Assembly: GCA_016783485.1 (NCBI GenBank)
Contig: JADHWM010000003.1
Location: 1-59,314, forward strand
DNA length: 59,314 bases
Reading direction: 5' to 3'
Origin: Candidatus Bathyarchaeota archaeon
Lineage (GTDB): Archaea; Thermoproteota; Bathyarchaeia; TCS64
Shown: piece by piece, positions 57,298-59,314 of the stretch
Layout of the letters: every line of letters begins with the position of its first letter
How positions within the stretch are numbered: position 1 is the first letter of the stretch
Notes under the pieces: generated by a model
Seen by the model: only the letters and a program-made list of their open reading frames with translations
The model's database searches: none
Told to the model about the DNA's origin: nothing
Position numbers and translations under genes: made by a program

Positions 57298-57933
57298 ATG
57301 GTCGAGATTATGGATGGGATCCACTCCTTCGACTTCTCCGAGTCAAAGAACCATGGCATGGAGCTCTGGTTTCTGGATTGCCCGGAGGGCGTTGTCCTCG
57401 TCGACACCGGGATGGGGGATGAGGTCCTGGGGATGGTGGAGGCTGAGCTGGGCTCCCTGGGGAAGGGATGGGGGGACGTCAAGATTGTCCTGATCACCCA
57501 TAGGCACGGGGACCACGTAAGGAACCTCGCGAAGGTGAAGGCGCTCACCGGAGCCCCGATCTACTGCCAGGCGGAGGAGGTCCCCGCCATCAAGGAGCAG
57601 ACCGGGGTCGAGCCCGAGGGTCTAGCCCACGGGGCCAATTTACCCTACTGCGGGGGGATCGAGGTGATCCACGTGCCGGGCCACACCGAGGGGAACTGTA
57701 GCTACCTACTCAAGGAGCGGGGGATCCTCATCGCAGGGGACACCATCTTCGGGGACGAGGAGGGCAACATCAACGAGCCCCCGGAGAAGTACTGCGTCGA
57801 CGTGGAGCAGGCGACCCGGGAGCTAGAGAGGCTCCTCGCGTACGACTTCAACGCTCTAATCTACACCCACGGGAAGGACATCCTCACAGGGGCCAAGGCG
57901 AAGGTCGAGGCACTGGTGGAGCGGACTCGCTGA
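57298..57933 (+). CDS. Metallo-beta-lactamase fold hydrolase
   Basis: LVDTG, THRHGDH, PGHT and AGD motifs. Confidence 0.92.
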   Translation: MVEIMDGIHSFDFSESKNHGMELWFLDCPEGVVLVDTGMGDEVLGMVEAELGSLGKGWGDVKIVLITHRHGDHVRNLAKVKALTGAPIYCQAEEVPAIKEQTGVEPEGLAHGANLPYCGGIEVIHVPGHTEGNCSYLLKERGILIAGDTIFGDEEGNINEPPEKYCVDVEQATRELERLLAYDFNALIYTHGKDILTGAKAKVEALVERTR

Positions 57934-57981
57934 GCTTCTGTCCTTCAACAGCTTATCTCACCTTACACCTTTTTTCATGTT

Positions 57982-58295
57982 ATGTCCAAAGCGCATAAGC
58001 TGAAGATCACCGTTCTCAGGACTCTCGGGCCATCCGATGTCTTCGATGAGCTGCCGGTGAGCAGGCAGGACTGGATGGTCCCATGCACGCTGTACTAGGA
58101 GGGTTAGGAGTTCCATGTGGGTGAGGACCTTGCCATGCCCGATTGGTTCTGCCATCTGCCTGGCGCGCCATTTACCACAACGTGAAGGCTCTCGGCTACG
58201 GGGGCACGCATCCGTATCACGAAGAGGGGAACCTGGCGGTGAACTGCTGCACCGGTGAGCTGCGTCCCGTGGTCTTCAAGATCGAGAAGCTGTGA
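57982..58295 (+). pseudogene. TIGR04076-like protein pseudogene
   Basis: MSKAHKLKITV...PCTLY*EG*EF...PDWFC / frameshift / SAWRAIY...GYGG...CCTGELRPVVFKIEKL, with two TAG stops and a frameshift. Confidence 0.75.
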
Positions 58296-58304
58296 GGCAG
58301 TCTT

Positions 58305-59099
58305 CTAGAGCCCTCTTTCTTCTCTCCCTATGGGGCAAGCTCTCTGGCATGTCATGCACATGAGGCGGGTGTTCCTTGTGACCGTTGGGGAGTGCACATC
58401 GAAGACCTTCTGGAGTCCCGGTGGCCCATCCTTGATTGAGTCGTAGCTTACCTGCCCCGAGAGCAGCCCGATCCACTCGTCGTCGTGGGGCCCCGCCAGG
58501 CACCTGTTGGGGTCGACTACGTAGGGTGTGAGGGCCCCGACGGGGCAGGCCTTGACGCACTCTTCGCAGTCGCCGCAGAGGTCTCCCTCGTAGGGCTTGT
58601 CTGGTTCCAGCTCGACGTCGGTGAGGACGGCTTGGAGCCTGAGCCAGGGGCCGTACCTCGGATTGATGATGAGCGCGTTCTTCCCAAAGCCCCCGAAGCC
58701 CGCGAGCTGGGCCATCCTCTTCTTGGGGAGGAGGTCCCCCGCGATCCTCGCGGCGTGGCCCTGCCTCCTCAGCCATCTCACGAGCTTCCGGGCGTTTATC
58801 TCCATCCTCATGTACGCGTAGGCCTCGAACCTGTCCCCTTTGAAGCTGATCATCTCGCAGACGTCGTCCCAGGCGTGGTAGCCGAGGACGATCACCGACC
58901 TCGCCCCCTCCATGTAGTCCCCCGTCTTTTTCGTTTGATCGTTGATCTCCCATCCCACCCAGTAGCTGGGGACGGCGTCGAGGCTCTCCGCGGTGATCAC
59001 CCCGACCAGGTCCGCTCCGACGTCCTCCCAGGGGCTGAAGGACTGGGCGTAGGCCTTCACCCTCTCCGTGAGTTCTGTCCTCTCTGCGTCCTCGCTCAT
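58305..59099 (-). CDS. Epoxyqueuosine-reductase (QueG)-like 4Fe-4S protein
   Basis: GADLVG, ARSVIVLG, AGFG..GKN.LII.P.YG, CxxCxxCxxxCP and CxxCxxxCP motifs. Confidence 0.8.
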   Translation of the reverse strand: MSEDAERTELTERVKAYAQSFSPWEDVGADLVGVITAESLDAVPSYWVGWEINDQTKKTGDYMEGARSVIVLGYHAWDDVCEMISFKGDRFEAYAYMRMEINARKLVRWLRRQGHAARIAGDLLPKKRMAQLAGFGGFGKNALIINPRYGPWLRLQAVLTDVELEPDKPYEGDLCGDCEECVKACPVGALTPYVVDPNRCLAGPHDDEWIGLLSGQVSYDSIKDGPPGLQKVFDVHSPTVTRNTRLMCMTCQRACPIGREERGL

Positions 59100-59314
59100 G
59101 ATGATGGTGCCTCGATCAATACCGCCTCAACGAGCCTTGGATAGGTTTCCCTCGGCCCCGATTTATCATTTTCAGGCGCAGGCCCTTTCAATAATTATAG
59201 GTTTTAGGGCCGATGAGATGCTTTTCAACCAGCCGCTTCCCCCACACACGAGTAGACCAAACTCAAAACTCACATGATCGCCGTCAACAGAGAAGAACCC
59301 ATGCCTCACAGGAC

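Noticed and set aside
58305-59099. Reductive dehalogenase
   Set aside because: The protein is short, has no Tat leader and no adjacent membrane anchor gene; it fits the generic QueG-like Fe-S family better.
59230-59250. Another copy of the cassette 3' element on the minus strand (GTGTGGGGGAAG)
   Set aside because: The match is too short and low in complexity to support.

Overview
This is an archaeal chromosomal segment, GC-rich by eye with several AT-richer islands. TFE, Trm56, topoisomerase VI A/B, RIO1, a Dim2-like KH protein and archaeal TIM mark it as archaeal; Bathyarchaeia/TACK affinity is my inference. Most of the window is housekeeping and peptide/sugar catabolism. Five things stand out. 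(1) A low-GC array at about 4.58-6.94 kb, beside the 3' end of tRNA-Val(TAC). In it, four short ORFs are each preceded by the same promoter plus hairpin leader and followed by the same imperfect palindrome, like a gene-cassette array, with no integrase in view. (2) Two unexplained intergenic regions with extensive base-pairing and well-placed TATA boxes, which are candidate novel ncRNAs (26428-26683 and 39726-40050). (3) A membrane-anchored, collagen-stalked decaheme OmcA/MtrC-like cytochrome. (4) A bacillithiol-type bshA/bshC/bshB cluster whose BshC carries a Cys4 insertion. (5) Two genes that appear to start at ACG. No CRISPR array, rRNA or transposase was seen. All calls come from reading motifs by eye; no searches or folding programs were run.
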